NCBI GenBank assembly: GCA_027622355.1
Contig: JAQBZT010000001.1
Location: forward strand, 1-49,308
Length of the DNA stretch: 49,308 bases
Direction of reading: 5' to 3'
DNA from: a bacterium
Lineage (GTDB): Bacteria; UBA8248
The notes under the pieces are model-generated. The model was not told where the DNA came from. It saw nothing but the letters and a program-made list of their open reading frames with translations, and made no database searches. The position numbers and the translations under genes were made by a program. Positions 34,560 through 43,792 of the stretch are shown piece by piece. Within the stretch, counting starts at the first letter, position 1. Every line of letters starts with the position of its first letter.

Positions 34560-36082
34560 TCTCTAGTCCCTCAATAAATTCGGGTCCGCCGGCCTACGAA
34601 AGATACTGATCGAGGTTTTCCGCCTGCAAAATATCCATCACTTCTTTGGCCATCCACGCTCGATTTCTTTGCTTTCCCGTAATTTCTTGAAGAAAGCCTT
34701 CGTCTTCGAGCCGCTGGATTGCTCGAATGGCGGTGGGAAGGGTTACTTTAAGCCGATCCGCTACGCCTGGTGACCGGCAAACCGGAAAACCAATCAGGCT
34801 GTCCACAAGAGCCATGCTCGTTGGCCCGCCCTTGGTCTGCATTTTTTGTCTGTATTCTTCTTGTTTATCTAACAACATTCTGATCCGCCAAGAGGAGTCC
34901 TTCGCCTGCATTTCCACTCCCCGGAGAAAAAAGATGAACCAGGGAATCCAATTGCCTTTTTGGCTAACGCCCAAAAGCAGATCGTAGTAATTACTGCGAT
35001 TTCGCTCAAAATAAGAGCTGAGGTACAGTAACGGCTGGGAAAGAAGCCCCCATTCACACAAAAGAATCGGAATTAACAAGCGGCCCACACGGCCATTTCC
35101 GTCCACAAAGGGATGGATTGCCTCAAACTGGTAGTGAATCATGGCCAGCTGTATTAGTGGCTGAATTTTGGATTTCGTGTGGAGAAATTTCTCCCAGTCT
35201 GAAATACATTCTTGCATTTCAGGAGTCGGTGGTGGCACATAAGTGGCATCATGAACAGAACTTCCGCCTATCCTGTTTTGCACTCGCCGAAACTCACCCG
35301 GGGCCCTATCTTGCCCTCTCACTTCTCGCAATAAAATAGAGTGGAGATCCCTCACAAACCTGAGTCCTATGGGCAACTCCAATCTGCGATCAAGTCCAAC
35401 CTCAAGCGCAATTACATAATTCAAAACCTCCCTGCGAACATCTGCGCCCTGTGGATGGTGCGTGGGATCGGCTTCATGGATGAACAACTCATCCAGATCG
35501 GTTTCTGTTCCCTCAATTCGACTGGACGCTTCGGCTTCTTTTCGCAAAAAAGGCCGAATCAATAAATGGGGGTTCGGTAGCGTTCTCCCGACCCCGGAGA
35601 GATCGCCCAGCGCTCCACGGGCTTCGGCCAAAGCGGCCATAAGTTCATCTGTAATTTTAATTTCAGGCGGAAGGGGGTCGGGCACAAACGCCGGGGCGCC
35701 CTCAGGAGTTCGAACAAGACGTCCTGGGGCATTCACCCCAAATTCTTCCTCTCTCATATCCGTATCCAAACCGTAGTGTCTGAACACTACTTGAGGCATC
35801 CACTTTTCACGCCACACCCGCATCCCTTGGGTACTCGAATACCCAAATTTCTTCCTCTCTCACAATGCGACCTTATCTAGTCAATAAAAACAACCATGTA
35901 AATGCTTTTGCCCTGCTTGTTGTCGAGAGTTAAACCATTATCACCTTTAACTAAAATTTTCAATAAAAATTTAACCAAGAAATTCCCTTGCTTAATTGTC
36001 CAATATTAACGATGGAAATATACTATATAGAGTGTTTTTACTGGTGCAGATAGCCTACATTTTGTATATTTCATTATTTTTA
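34560..36082. other. lower-GC island inserted between mnmE and mnmG (carries only the Fic gene)
   Basis: Composition drops visibly relative to mnmG and mnmE. 35824..36082 is strongly AT-rich. No flanking direct repeat or mobility gene was found by eye. Confidence 0.45.
34594..35823 (-). CDS. Fic family protein (class II, N-terminal inhibitory helix; C-terminal winged-helix)
   Basis: Fic motif HPFVDGNGRVGRLL. Inhibitory motif S-x-x-x-E-G in EASSRIEGTE upstream of it. C-terminal wHTH-like region. Start ambiguous: ATG at 35823, 35799 or 35757. Confidence 0.85.
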   Translation of the reverse strand: MRVWREKWMPQVVFRHYGLDTDMREEEFGVNAPGRLVRTPEGAPAFVPDPLPPEIKITDELMAALAEARGALGDLSGVGRTLPNPHLLIRPFLRKEAEASSRIEGTETDLDELFIHEADPTHHPQGADVRREVLNYVIALEVGLDRRLELPIGLRFVRDLHSILLREVRGQDRAPGEFRRVQNRIGGSSVHDATYVPPPTPEMQECISDWEKFLHTKSKIQPLIQLAMIHYQFEAIHPFVDGNGRVGRLLIPILLCEWGLLSQPLLYLSSYFERNRSNYYDLLLGVSQKGNWIPWFIFFLRGVEMQAKDSSWRIRMLLDKQEEYRQKMQTKGGPTSMALVDSLIGFPVCRSPGVADRLKVTLPTAIRAIQRLEDEGFLQEITGKQRNRAWMAKEVMDILQAENLDQYLS

Positions 36083-37504
36083 TTATTTTCCGATGCAGAA
36101 CGCCGAGAAAATTTTATCGAGGAGCGCCTCGCCCCAGCTCCGGCCGAGAAGCTCGGAGAGCGCGCCCTGCGCCTCGTTGAGGTGCACCGCGACCAGCTCC
36201 GGTGAAAGATCGGCGGCGATGGCGTCTGCGGCCCCCTCCACCCCCTCCCGGCATTTCGCCACCAGATTGCGGTGGCGCTCCCGGGTAAGGATGGCCTGAC
36301 CGCCCGGCCCCGCTTCTCCATCGGCCCCTGAAAGTTCGCGCGCGATGAGCGCACGCAGATCGTCCAGCCCCGCACCGTTCAGCGCCGAGATGGCGAGCGG
36401 GGGAGCACCGTTCGCATCCCGCTCCGGAACCTGCGCGCCGGGAAGATCGATCTTGTTCGCGATCAGCAGGGAGGGCGGCTCAATTTTTTCCTGCTCTTCC
36501 TTTCCCCACTGCGCCTCGGCCGCGCCACCCGCCGCATCGATCAGGACGAGGCAGAGATCAGCGCCCGCCGCGGCGCGCCTTGCGCGCTCGGCCCCTTCTT
36601 TTTCGATCAGGTCCTCGGTCTCCCGGAGGCCGGCGGTATCGATCAGGCGCACCGGAATGCCGCCGATGTCGCAGACCTCCTCGACGGTGTCCCGCGTCGT
36701 GCCGGGCAGGGGGCTCATGATGGCCCGATCGGTTCCGAGCAGGCGGTTCAGGAGGGTGGATTTTCCGGCGTTGGGCTTTCCCAGAATCGCCACCCGGGCC
36801 CCCTCGCGCAGGACGCGGCCCGATCGGTAGCTCGCCTCCAGTCCGCGGAGCCGCGCCGCCGCCGCCATGAAGCGCTCCCGCAGGGCAGGGGCACCCATTG
36901 GGCCTCCTTCGGGCGCGGGGCCCGCGCCGGGCTCGAATTCATCGGGAAAATCGATGGCCGCCTCAAGATGCGCCCCCGCTTCGACGATCTCCTCCCAGAT
37001 TTCATCCAGAGCGGACGAGAGGCCGCCTTCCAGCTGGGCGAGGGCCGCCCGGGCGGCACGCGAGGTTTCGGCGGAGACCAGATCGGCGACCGATTCGGAC
37101 TGGAGGAGATCGATCCTTCCGGAGAGAAAAGCCCTCCGGGTGAACTCCCCCGGGGCGGCGGGCCTGGCCCCTGCGCCGCGCGCCGCGCCGATCAGGGCCT
37201 GGACGACGGCGGGGCCCCCGTGGCAGTGCATCTCGGCCATGTCCTCGCCGGTGAAGGAGTTCGGCCCGGCCATGAAGACCGCCACGCCCTCATCGAAAGC
37301 ACCGCTCTCTGCATCCACGAACCGGCCGAGGACATAGCGCCGCTCGGGGAAGCGCGCTTTCGCCTTTCGGGGCTTGAAGATGCGCCGAAGAACGCGCTCC
37401 GCCTCCGGGCCGCTCAGGCGCACGATGGCGATGGCTCCCTTTCCCCATGCGGTGGAAAGAGCCACAATGGTGTCCCGTTCGGGCGCGTTGTTTTTATCCG
37501 TCAT
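36083..37504 (-). CDS. mnmE: tRNA modification GTPase MnmE (TrmE)
   Basis: 473 aa. G-domain GKPNAGKSTLLN, DTAG, NKID and the C-terminal FCIGK motif. Confidence 0.95.
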   Translation of the reverse strand: MTDKNNAPERDTIVALSTAWGKGAIAIVRLSGPEAERVLRRIFKPRKAKARFPERRYVLGRFVDAESGAFDEGVAVFMAGPNSFTGEDMAEMHCHGGPAVVQALIGAARGAGARPAAPGEFTRRAFLSGRIDLLQSESVADLVSAETSRAARAALAQLEGGLSSALDEIWEEIVEAGAHLEAAIDFPDEFEPGAGPAPEGGPMGAPALRERFMAAAARLRGLEASYRSGRVLREGARVAILGKPNAGKSTLLNRLLGTDRAIMSPLPGTTRDTVEEVCDIGGIPVRLIDTAGLRETEDLIEKEGAERARRAAAGADLCLVLIDAAGGAAEAQWGKEEQEKIEPPSLLIANKIDLPGAQVPERDANGAPPLAISALNGAGLDDLRALIARELSGADGEAGPGGQAILTRERHRNLVAKCREGVEGAADAIAADLSPELVAVHLNEAQGALSELLGRSWGEALLDKIFSAFCIGK

Positions 37505-37572
37505 GGCATTGGTCCCGCCTGCCCGCCGGTTTTCGGCCCACGAATGGGCGGCCCTTTTCCTGAGGTGCGCCG

Positions 37573-38565
37573 ATGTCCGAGCTGCGATGGAATCCCTGGC
37601 TGGAGCGGTGGGCGCTCATCGCCACCGCCCGCCGCGATCGCCCAAAGCAGCACACCTTTTCTCCCTCGACGCCCGCATTTCCCGAGCCCGGGTGCCCGTT
37701 CTGTCCGGGAAACGAGGCGAAAACCCCTCCCGAGATCGACGCCATCCGCCAGGGCGGCCGCTGGAGCGTCCGCGCCTTCGACAACAAGTTTCCGGCGCTC
37801 GCGCCCGGCCTGCCCGCCGCTCCAGTTGAGGACGGCCCGTTCTCGTCCATGCCGGCGCGGGGCCGGCACGAGGTGATCGTGGATGCGCCGGATCACTGCA
37901 AAGGGCTCGGCGATTACCCGGCGGGCCACGCCGCGGACGTTCTCGCCCTGCTCCAGAAAAGGGTGCGTGCCCTCTACGGAGAGCCGGGCATCCGCGCCAT
38001 CGTTCCCTACAAAAACCACGGCGCCGCCGGGGGGGCGTCGCTTCCGCACTCCCATCTTCAGGTGGCGGCGCTGCCCGCGATCCCGCCGCGCACCGCCAGG
38101 GAGCGGCACGCCGCCGAAAAACATCTGCGCGAAACTGGCCGGCCGCTTCTCGGGGAGACGCTCTTCCGCGAGCGGGAAGACGGCCGCCGCCTCGTGGAGC
38201 AAGCCGAAGGGGCCATCGCCTACTGTCCCTTCGTTTCTCTTTATCCCTACGAAATTGTCATCGCGCCCCAGCCGATCGGAGAGCGTTTCGCCGACGCCTC
38301 CCGCGAGACGCTCGAAGCCGTGGGCGGGGCGCTGGCCCGGTCGCTGCTCCGCATCAAGATCCTGCTGGGCGATCCGCCCCTGAACGTCCTTTTCCACATC
38401 GAAACGGGTCCCGGAGAAGAGAAGACGCCCGGCGCGCATCACTGGCACATCGAAATCATCCCCCGGCTCACCGTCCTGGCCGGCCTTGAGCTCGGGGCGG
38501 GCGTTCACATCAACGAGGCCGCTCCCGAGGAGGCCGCGGCGGCGCTTCGCGGGGCGCTCTCCTAG
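37573..38565 (+). CDS. galactose-1-phosphate uridylyltransferase (GalT/HIT superfamily)-like protein
   Basis: 330 aa. CPFCPGNE zinc motif and HSHLQ (HxHxQ) active site. Divergent from mnmE. Confidence 0.75.
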   Translation: MSELRWNPWLERWALIATARRDRPKQHTFSPSTPAFPEPGCPFCPGNEAKTPPEIDAIRQGGRWSVRAFDNKFPALAPGLPAAPVEDGPFSSMPARGRHEVIVDAPDHCKGLGDYPAGHAADVLALLQKRVRALYGEPGIRAIVPYKNHGAAGGASLPHSHLQVAALPAIPPRTARERHAAEKHLRETGRPLLGETLFREREDGRRLVEQAEGAIAYCPFVSLYPYEIVIAPQPIGERFADASRETLEAVGGALARSLLRIKILLGDPPLNVLFHIETGPGEEKTPGAHHWHIEIIPRLTVLAGLELGAGVHINEAAPEEAAAALRGALS

Positions 38566-39323
38566 CCGGTCCAGAGGCCCCCGTTGATGTCGAGCGTGAC
38601 GCCGGTGATGTAGCTTGCGCCCGGCGACGCCAGATACCAGACGCCGTCGGCGATCTCGTGCTCGGTCCCCGGCCTTCCCATGGGGATTCCCTTTTTGACG
38701 TCCTCGATCCGGTTCTTGTGCAGCTCGGCGACGCGGGGAGAGAGCACCACGCCGGGCGCCACCGCGTTCACAGTGATGCCGTGCGGGGCGAACTCCACGG
38801 CGAGGCGGCGCGTAAAACCGACGATGGCTGTCTTCGCGGTGGTGTACTCGACGGCGGTGAAGCGGACGCCGGTTCTCCCGGCGGTGGAGGAGATGCTGAC
38901 GATCCGGCCGTAGCCCGCTTTTTTCATGACGGGTACCGCCTCGCGGCAGCACAGGTAGACGCTCTTCAGGTTCCAGGCGATCGAGGCGTCCCAGACGTCT
39001 TCTTCCAGATCCTCGAAGTCGCGGATCTCGAGGAATCCGCCCGCGCAGTTCACGAGAATATCGAGGCGGCCCCATTTCCCGAGCGCTCCCCCGAAGGCGC
39101 TGTGCACCTCGTCGGCGGAGGCGGCTTCCGCCCGAAAGAAAGCCCCTTCACTCCCGGCCGCGGCCGCTTTCTCCGCCGCCGCGGCGCCCCTCACTTCGTC
39201 GCGGTCCAGCACGGCGACGCGCGCTCCCTCTCGGGCGAGACGCTCCACGCAGGCGAGGCCGATCCCGGCGCCGCCGCCGGTGACGACCGCCACTTGCCCT
39301 TCCAGGGATTTGCCTTGGCTCAT
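38562..39323 (-). CDS. SDR family oxidoreductase (FabG-like)
   Basis: 253 aa. VTGGGAGIG and NCAG motifs and an SDR-type Y-x-x-x-K (YTTAK). Confidence 0.8.
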   Translation of the reverse strand: MSQGKSLEGQVAVVTGGGAGIGLACVERLAREGARVAVLDRDEVRGAAAAEKAAAAGSEGAFFRAEAASADEVHSAFGGALGKWGRLDILVNCAGGFLEIRDFEDLEEDVWDASIAWNLKSVYLCCREAVPVMKKAGYGRIVSISSTAGRTGVRFTAVEYTTAKTAIVGFTRRLAVEFAPHGITVNAVAPGVVLSPRVAELHKNRIEDVKKGIPMGRPGTEHEIADGVWYLASPGASYITGVTLDINGGLWTG

Positions 39324-39910
39324 CGTCTTCCTCTCCCTGATCCCAAAAGCGGGGCGCGCGCGGTGACGCGGTAGGTGTCCGCGTCGTTATTCTGGGAGAG
39401 CGCCCCCGTGAACCCCGCCGCCCGGACTTCGCTCTTCAGATCGTTTGGCGCAATCCGCGTCCAGAGCGGGGGACCGTGGTCCGTCTCGTGAACGTGCCAT
39501 TCCATCAGAACGATTCTCCCGCCCGGCTTGAGCGCGCGGCGGGCCTCCGACAAAAGCCCCTGTATCGATCGCGTCTCGTGCGTAACGAACGCCAGCAGCG
39601 CGATATCGGCCACGCTGTCTGGAAATGGGATATGGGGATCGCGGTTGCGGCGAAGTTCGATGTTTTCGTGTCCCGCCTCGCGGGCTTTCTGGCGGGTCTC
39701 GCGGAGCATGATCGGCGAGATGTCGCACGCCAGAACCGCGCCCCGGCGGCCCACGATCCGGCAGGCGGGAAGCGTGAAAAATCCCGGCCCGCAGCCGACA
39801 TCGAGCAGGATCATGCCCTTGGCAAGGCCCAATTCCCGCAACGTTTTCGCCGGAGGCATCGCCTTGCGCCGCTGCGGGCTCAAGAGGCGGCTTCGCCGCC
39901 GGGGAGGCAT
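39320..39910 (-). CDS. class I SAM-dependent methyltransferase
   Basis: ILLDVGCGPGFF motif I and LKPGGRIVL post-I region. Start placed at ATG 39908-39910; the track uses TTG at 39943. Confidence 0.75.
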   Translation of the reverse strand: MPPRRRSRLLSPQRRKAMPPAKTLRELGLAKGMILLDVGCGPGFFTLPACRIVGRRGAVLACDISPIMLRETRQKAREAGHENIELRRNRDPHIPFPDSVADIALLAFVTHETRSIQGLLSEARRALKPGGRIVLMEWHVHETDHGPPLWTRIAPNDLKSEVRAAGFTGALSQNNDADTYRVTARAPLLGSGRGRR

Positions 39911-39939
39911 GACCCAGGGCTTGCGCGCCCCGGAAGCCC

Positions 39940-41043
39940 TCAAGCCTTCTCCTCCAAAAAGCCCTCCAGCGCCTCCCGCAGCCGATCGGGAGGAACCCCC
40001 TCACGAATCAGCAGCAGGCCCTCGAGGATGAGCTCGAGCTTTCTCCGCTCCTTCTCGGTGCGCGTGCGGTGGCGCCGCTCGAGCATGCGCTCGATTTCAT
40101 CGATGCCCGCGCCCTCGAGCGCCCAGCGCAGCCCGCGGCGCAGGAGCGCCTCGGGAATATCCCCCAGCCGCCCCTCCAGCGCGGCGAGCCCTTCTCTGTG
40201 GGCCTCCTCCGCCAGATCGCAGCAAAGGGAGATGATCCGGCTGGTCGCCTGAGCGGACGGGGGCAGGTGCATCTCGGGAAGGCGCTCGTAGTCCGCCGCC
40301 CCTTCGGGCAAAAAGGCGACGAGCCTGGCACGGGCCCGCTCCCTGCCCTCCTCGGAGACGATGGAGGCCAACCCCTCGATGAGGATTTCGCCGTTTCTCT
40401 CCAGGTGCACGATATAGGCGTCAATTTGACGCCCCACGATGGACTCGATGTCTTCCACCAAGGAGAGGTCGATGACCATTCGAAGGCCGGTCGAGAGAAC
40501 GCTGCCCGGCATCCGATCCAGGGCCGGCTCGAGCGAAAGGAGCCCGTGCCGGAGCGCCCGGGCGGAAAAAAGTGCCAGCAGATCGATGGCCTCCGCCGCC
40601 TCCATCTCCGCCAGATGGTGGGCCGAAAGCTTTCCTTCCGTCTCGATTTCGAGCGGAGGGATCGTATCGTCCGCCGGGCCATCGAGAGAGATCTCCCCCC
40701 GCTCTTCCAGGGAATAGGCGGTGGCCATGAGGGTGCGCTGGGCGTCTCGATACACTTCCCGCGGCATCCCCGCGTTCCTCTGTATTTCCGCGCGCAGGAA
40801 TTCGGCGGCGTGGACAGAAACGTTTTGCAGGACGCGATCCGCCACTGCGGGATCGGCGGTACAGAGTGCGAGAGAGAGTGTTTCCGGATCCGACCGATCA
40901 ATGATCCGGCGGAGCGCACGGCCGGACATGTTGGAAAGCGGGGAGAGATCTGCTTCCTCGGCGCTGAACAGCCCATCTTCTTCCGGGTCGTCCGGGCCCG
41001 TCCCGCCCTCGTCTTCCCAGTCGCGAAATCTTTCCGTGCCCAT
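39940..41043 (-). CDS. soluble FliG C-terminal-domain-like protein with two MotA-cytoplasmic-loop-like repeats
   Basis: Trimmed to ATG at 41041-41043 after GGAGGA (367 aa; the track ORF extension overlaps yidC). LSNMSGRALRRIIDRSDPETLSLALCTADPAVADRVLQNVSVHAAEFLRAEI resembles FliG_C. Two later segments (RHGLLSLE...GLRMVIDLS..; REGLAALE...GLRWALEGAGIDEIERMLE) resemble the GLLALE...DPFL..GL.LVVDG region of MotA. No TM segment. Confidence 0.55.
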   Translation of the reverse strand: MGTERFRDWEDEGGTGPDDPEEDGLFSAEEADLSPLSNMSGRALRRIIDRSDPETLSLALCTADPAVADRVLQNVSVHAAEFLRAEIQRNAGMPREVYRDAQRTLMATAYSLEERGEISLDGPADDTIPPLEIETEGKLSAHHLAEMEAAEAIDLLALFSARALRHGLLSLEPALDRMPGSVLSTGLRMVIDLSLVEDIESIVGRQIDAYIVHLERNGEILIEGLASIVSEEGRERARARLVAFLPEGAADYERLPEMHLPPSAQATSRIISLCCDLAEEAHREGLAALEGRLGDIPEALLRRGLRWALEGAGIDEIERMLERRHRTRTEKERRKLELILEGLLLIREGVPPDRLREALEGFLEEKA

Positions 41044-41060
41044 TTCGCTTTCCTCCCCTG

Positions 41061-42692
41061 CTAGTTTTCCTCGGCCAGCTTGGGTGCCTTGACAGAACGA
41101 TTGACGAAATACTGTTGGACGATCGAAAGGACGTTGTTCACGAGCCAGTAAATCACCAGCCCGACCGGAACCGGATAGTAGATGAACATTCCGGTAAAAA
41201 TGACGGGCATCATTAACATCATTTTCGCCTGCGAGGGATCGCCCGCCGTCGGCGTCATCTTTTGCTGAAGAAACATGGAGGCGCCCATCAGGATGGTGTA
41301 GACGTGAAACGGATCGGGCTTGGACATGTCGGTCACCCACCAGAAGAAGGGTGCGTTCCGCAGCTCGATCGAGACCAGCAGGGCATTGTAGAGGCCGAAG
41401 AAAACCGGGATCTGAATGACCATGGGCAGGCACCCCATCATGGGGTTGACCTTGTGCTCCCGGTAAAGGGACATCACCTGCTCGTTCATCTTGGTCTTGT
41501 CGTCCTTATAGATCTCCTTCAGCTGGGCCATCTTGGGCTGAAGTCTCTGCATCTCTTTCATGTTCCGCATGCTCACGTGGGTGAGCGGATAGAAGATAAT
41601 TTTGATGAGGATGGTCAGGAGGATGATTGCGAACCCCCAGTTGCCGACGATTGCGTGGAAAAACCGCAGGGCAACCATCAGCGGGCGGGCGATAATCGAG
41701 AACATGCCGTAATCGAGGGCGTTTTCCATCCCCACCCCGAGCTTCGCGAGGCGGGCCGGCTCCTTGGGTCCCACGAAAAGATCGAACACCGCTTCCGTGC
41801 GGGCGTCCGTCTTGAGGGGGACGGCGACAACGTAGTCGTTGATCTCTTTGGCGTCCCCCAAGAGACTTACTTCCGCGCCGCCTGCGCCCGCGCGCGGAAC
41901 GAGCGCTGCGATAAAGTACTTCGCCTGGAGGGAAACCCACTCGGTGCCCTCGCCGTGGACGACGGGTTTTCCTTTTTCTGGGGCATCGTAGTGGAGCTTA
42001 TTTTTTACGTAGCTCATCGGGCCTTCCACCACTCCGCCGTAGGTGTTCCCGTCCGCTCCACCGAGCCGGGGGCCCCAGGCCAGGCCGAGCGACTGGGGGG
42101 TCTTGGGCTGCGCGATCCGCACCTTCATGCCGACGGCATAGCTGTTGTGGCGAAAGGTGAATATTTTTTCCGCCATCAGGCCGTCCGGGCCGGAATAAAC
42201 GAAGTGGAGGGTCGCCTCGGGCTTCGACGCGGAGAGGGAAATGGTGCGCGTGTCCGTGCGATAGAGGCCCTGGTTCAGGCGTGTGGCGATCTCGCTTCCC
42301 GTGAAGAAAAGCGGCCTCAGCTCCGCGCTCCCCGCGAGAACCAGCTCGAGTTCCTTGCCGTTCTCGCTCCGGTAGTCCGTGAGGGTTGCCGAAAGAAGGC
42401 CTGCCCCCTGATTCGTGAAGACGAGGGCCGCCTTGCCGGTTTGTACCGTGACCCGGATTTCCTCGGAGGGAGCGGGGGCGGTAGTCGCCGGCGCGGATTC
42501 TTTTTGCGGGGACGGGGGCTTTGCCGTCAGGGGGGCCGAGGTGGCCGGCCGGGAAGGCGCGGCTTTTTTCTGAGACTCAGCCGCCCGCTTCTGATCGCTC
42601 CGTTTTTCTTCCATCGGCCGCAACACCAAAAATTGCCACCCGATAAGAATCGCCAGCGAAAGTGCGGCGGCGATAATTGCGTTCTTTTCCAT
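41061..42692 (-). CDS. yidC: membrane protein insertase YidC
   Basis: 543 aa. N-terminal TM, periplasmic domain, and a conserved C-terminal 5-TM core (QPKMAQLKEIYKDDKTKMNEQVMSLYREHKVNP, GCLPMVIQIPVFFGLY). Confidence 0.95.
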   Translation of the reverse strand: MEKNAIIAAALSLAILIGWQFLVLRPMEEKRSDQKRAAESQKKAAPSRPATSAPLTAKPPSPQKESAPATTAPAPSEEIRVTVQTGKAALVFTNQGAGLLSATLTDYRSENGKELELVLAGSAELRPLFFTGSEIATRLNQGLYRTDTRTISLSASKPEATLHFVYSGPDGLMAEKIFTFRHNSYAVGMKVRIAQPKTPQSLGLAWGPRLGGADGNTYGGVVEGPMSYVKNKLHYDAPEKGKPVVHGEGTEWVSLQAKYFIAALVPRAGAGGAEVSLLGDAKEINDYVVAVPLKTDARTEAVFDLFVGPKEPARLAKLGVGMENALDYGMFSIIARPLMVALRFFHAIVGNWGFAIILLTILIKIIFYPLTHVSMRNMKEMQRLQPKMAQLKEIYKDDKTKMNEQVMSLYREHKVNPMMGCLPMVIQIPVFFGLYNALLVSIELRNAPFFWWVTDMSKPDPFHVYTILMGASMFLQQKMTPTAGDPSQAKMMLMMPVIFTGMFIYYPVPVGLVIYWLVNNVLSIVQQYFVNRSVKAPKLAEEN

Positions 42693-42718
42693 GCAAACAA
42701 TTCTCCGTCATCCACTCG

Positions 42719-42961
42719 CTAGGGAACCGGGTCGTTTCCCCCGGGATGAAAAGGGTGACAGCGTGCAAGACGCCGGACCGAAAGCCAGAGCGCCATGTGG
42801 GGAGGATGCCGGCGAAAGGCTTCGGCCGCATAAGAAGAACAGCTCGGCGAAAACCTGCAACTCCCTGGCAAAAGAGGGGAGACGATCAGTTGATAGCCCC
42901 GGATGAAAACAAGGGCGAGGGCACGGATAAGCGCCAAGGTTCCGCGGCCTGCGGTTTCCAT
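42719..42961 (-). CDS. yidD: membrane protein insertion efficiency factor YidD
   Basis: 80 aa. YQLIVSPLLPGSCRFSPSCSSYA and CHPFHPGGNDPVP motifs. Confidence 0.85.
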   Translation of the reverse strand: METAGRGTLALIRALALVFIRGYQLIVSPLLPGSCRFSPSCSSYAAEAFRRHPPHMALWLSVRRLARCHPFHPGGNDPVP

Positions 42962-43344
42962 TATTTCATCAGTCCGATCGCGCCCCGGAAGTCTCTCTCC
43001 ACATCCTTCAGCTTCGCCTTCGTGATGGCGCGCTTGGCAACAAACACAAAATCCGTTCCGTCGGGAAGCATGGGGTAAGACTGCCGGAATGTCTCGCGGA
43101 GCAGCCGCTTCGCCCGGTTTCGCTCGACGGCGTTGCCCGTTTTCCGGGAGGCGACCACGCCAAGCCGGGCGGAGCCTTCATTGCCCGACATTACATGAAC
43201 CGTGAAAAAGCGGCTGTGGAATTTTCTGCCGTTTTGGAGAACACGCAAAAACTCTGGCCGGTGCCGTATCTTCATCTCTGAACGAAACCCTTGTCCCATC
43301 TCCCCATCCTCGGAGGAAAGGGGTGCGGAGGCGCTTCCGATCAT
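42961..43344 (-). CDS. rnpA: ribonuclease P protein component
   Basis: RNase P protein motif GNAVERNRAKRLLRE. Directly follows rpmH (TAGATG). An internal start at the MGQG position is possible. Confidence 0.8.
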   Translation of the reverse strand: MIGSASAPLSSEDGEMGQGFRSEMKIRHRPEFLRVLQNGRKFHSRFFTVHVMSGNEGSARLGVVASRKTGNAVERNRAKRLLRETFRQSYPMLPDGTDFVFVAKRAITKAKLKDVERDFRGAIGLMK

Positions 43345-43479
43345 CTAAACGGAAAGACGCTTCCTTCCCTTGGCGCGCCTGCGCTTGAGGACGGACTGGC
43401 CGCCGATGGTTTTCATCCGGCGGCGAAAGCCGTGGGTTTTGGTTCTTTTTGTCCGGTTGGGCTGATAAGTTCGCTTCAC
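43345..43479 (-). CDS. rpmH: 50S ribosomal protein L34
   Basis: GTG at 43477-43479 gives (M)[43 protein letters not shown], 44 aa. Confidence 0.9.
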   Translation of the reverse strand: MKRTYQPNRTKRTKTHGFRRRMKTIGGQSVLKRRRAKGRKRLSV

Positions 43480-43671
43480 GTGCTCGCCTCTGTTTCCGCA
43501 AGCCGGGGGAGAGGGATTCTGCCTGTCCGGAATCGGCTTGCGCAACCCGGATTCCCCTAAAAAACCGTGGCTACATTAGCTATCCGCCTTCGCGGTGTCA
43601 AGGCGGGGAATACGGGCATCGAAAACCCGATTTTCGGCGCGTCTCCCTCTCCCGGGATAGCCCTTTTTTTT

Positions 43672-43792
43672 CGTGGAAAAAAACTTTTTTTATCTCAAAT
43701 TCGTTGATTTCGCTGCCCTGATTGCCATTTTCCCGGGCTTTCCTCATTTTTTTGTGGAAAACGCTTGCTTTTCCACCCCGGGCTGTGGAATT
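43672..43792. promoter_or_regulatory. DnaA-box cluster upstream of dnaA
   Basis: CGTGGAAAA (43672-43680), TGTGGAAAA (43753-43761, 8/9 to TGTGGATAA), TTTTCCACC (43769-43777), TGTGGAATT (43784-43792). Flanked by T-rich tracts. Confidence 0.5.

Noticed and set aside
35996-36205. 69-aa + strand ORF in the AT-rich spacer next to mnmE, considered as a possible Fic partner or antitoxin.
   Set aside because: It runs into and overlaps the mnmE 3' end on the opposite strand, has no RBS and is an Ile/Leu/Phe-rich artefact of AT-rich DNA. A class II Fic does not require a separate antitoxin.
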